Below are positions 63,050 through 64,000 of a DNA stretch of 64,000 bases, piece after piece. Position 1 is the stretch's first letter; each line of letters begins with the position of its first letter. Where the stretch lies: NCBI GenBank assembly GCA_004431415.1, contig QPMI01000103.1, positions 186,001-250,000 of the forward strand. Reading direction: 5' to 3'. Origin of the DNA: Cyanophora paradoxa CCMP329 (lineage: Eukaryota > Plantae > Glaucophyta). A program made the position numbers and the translations under genes. The notes beneath the pieces are model-generated. The model made no database searches. It was not told where the DNA came from and saw only the letters and a program-made list of their open reading frames with translations.

Positions 63050-63740
63050 TCTGAGACTCACAATCAGTGACTCGGCAATCGTGACTCAGGACTGCTGAAA
63101 TGCTGTACTATGCAATCTTTACAAACTAGACAAATCAAATTAAAGAGGCGAAGATACATATTCGCGATCGTAGAACCGATATCAGATCTAGATCTAGATC
63201 TAGAGCAGTTAAGCTAATATGTATGCTGATCATGAAAATAATGCGCATGCGAATCGTTGAACTTGGAATTTGCAAATGCGATGACCCTGGCGAGTTTCAT
63301 TATATAATTACTGTACTAAGAAAGAACTTCACTAGTACGCGTACGTATTTGTATACGTTAAACGTTAATTAGCTTCCGGTATTCCGAATTGAAATGTTGA
63401 TCATGAGGCGCGCCCGCGGTGCGGGCGAATTTAAAAAGCTTAAGTGCTATATATATGTGTGTGTGTTAACGTAGATGCGGTTTACTGAATGCAAAAAAAT
63501 AATTACCAAGTTCTAGTTAACGTTATAGTTAAATTAAACTCATGAAATGAAGAATTCGAAGTGATTCTAATCTAGCAACAGCGATGCAGTTCGCGCTACC
63601 CGACTACATATTTGGTTAGTTCTAGAAAAAACGCGCTCTAGATCTGACACCCTTGTAATTCGGAGTACCAGCATTCATGATTCTAATTCTAAAAGCACGT
63701 GGAGCGCGATCGAGCTCGAGATAGCGGTATATACCAAATC
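63050..63740. other. AT-rich intergenic region saturated with hexamer palindromes
   Basis: AGATCTAGATCTAGATCTAGA, TGATCATGA, GAATTCGAA, GTTAACGTT, GAGCTCGAG and similar. Confidence 0.75.
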
Positions 63741-64000
63741 AGGAAAAAGAGCGGCCAGGGGAGGCGTGCATGTGGCGCGGCTGCCAGGCTGCCGGCGCCG
63801 CTCCCCCCATCGCGAGGACGTGCATGGGCGGCCGCGGGTCCGGGGTTTGGGGCGGCGGGCGGCCGAGGGCGGAGCCTCGCGATCGGAGGGGCGGGAACGC
63901 GGGGGCTAGATGGCGCGGGCGAACATGGCGTGGGGGGTGAGGCACTCGGAGGTGAAGGGGTTGCGGGAGGGGGCGACGGGCCCCGCCTCGGGATCCCACG

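Noticed and set aside
63739-64000. Possible gene end at the window edge
   Set aside because: Too little sequence to support a call.

Overview
Eukaryotic nuclear DNA, very GC-rich, with genes broken by many ~50-100 nt introns, many with GC-AG splice sites. A MAFV-type transit peptide and the intron style suggest a glaucophyte such as Cyanophora (inference only). Positions 1-22 kb are a transposon-rich zone. They hold a CACTA/EnSpm end, two copies of a Helitron2/Helentron-like element, a TA-flanked MITE and a young gag-only LTR retrotransposon (2713-7952, 5-bp TSD). The LTR element sits inside an exon of a HExxH-zincin/UBA (DUF3684-like) gene. Positions 22.9-63 kb are a dense gene run: FixL-like multi-PAS hybrid histidine kinase, Pex30/Pex23-family peroxin, RI-like LRR protein, probable plastid EngB/YihA, hypothetical membrane protein, PP1 catalytic subunit, RING protein, three START-like paralogs, an MFSD1-like transporter and a Nudix-like protein. 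The strongest novel signal comes from aligning duplicated segments. A recurrent mutation turns a 3-mer X into X-revcomp(X)-X (+6 bp), which explains the hexamer-palindrome arrays throughout the non-coding DNA. A second candidate is the LTR element's primer-binding site, whose geometry fits tRNA-Sec. All exon structures were inferred by eye, so gene boundaries are approximate.
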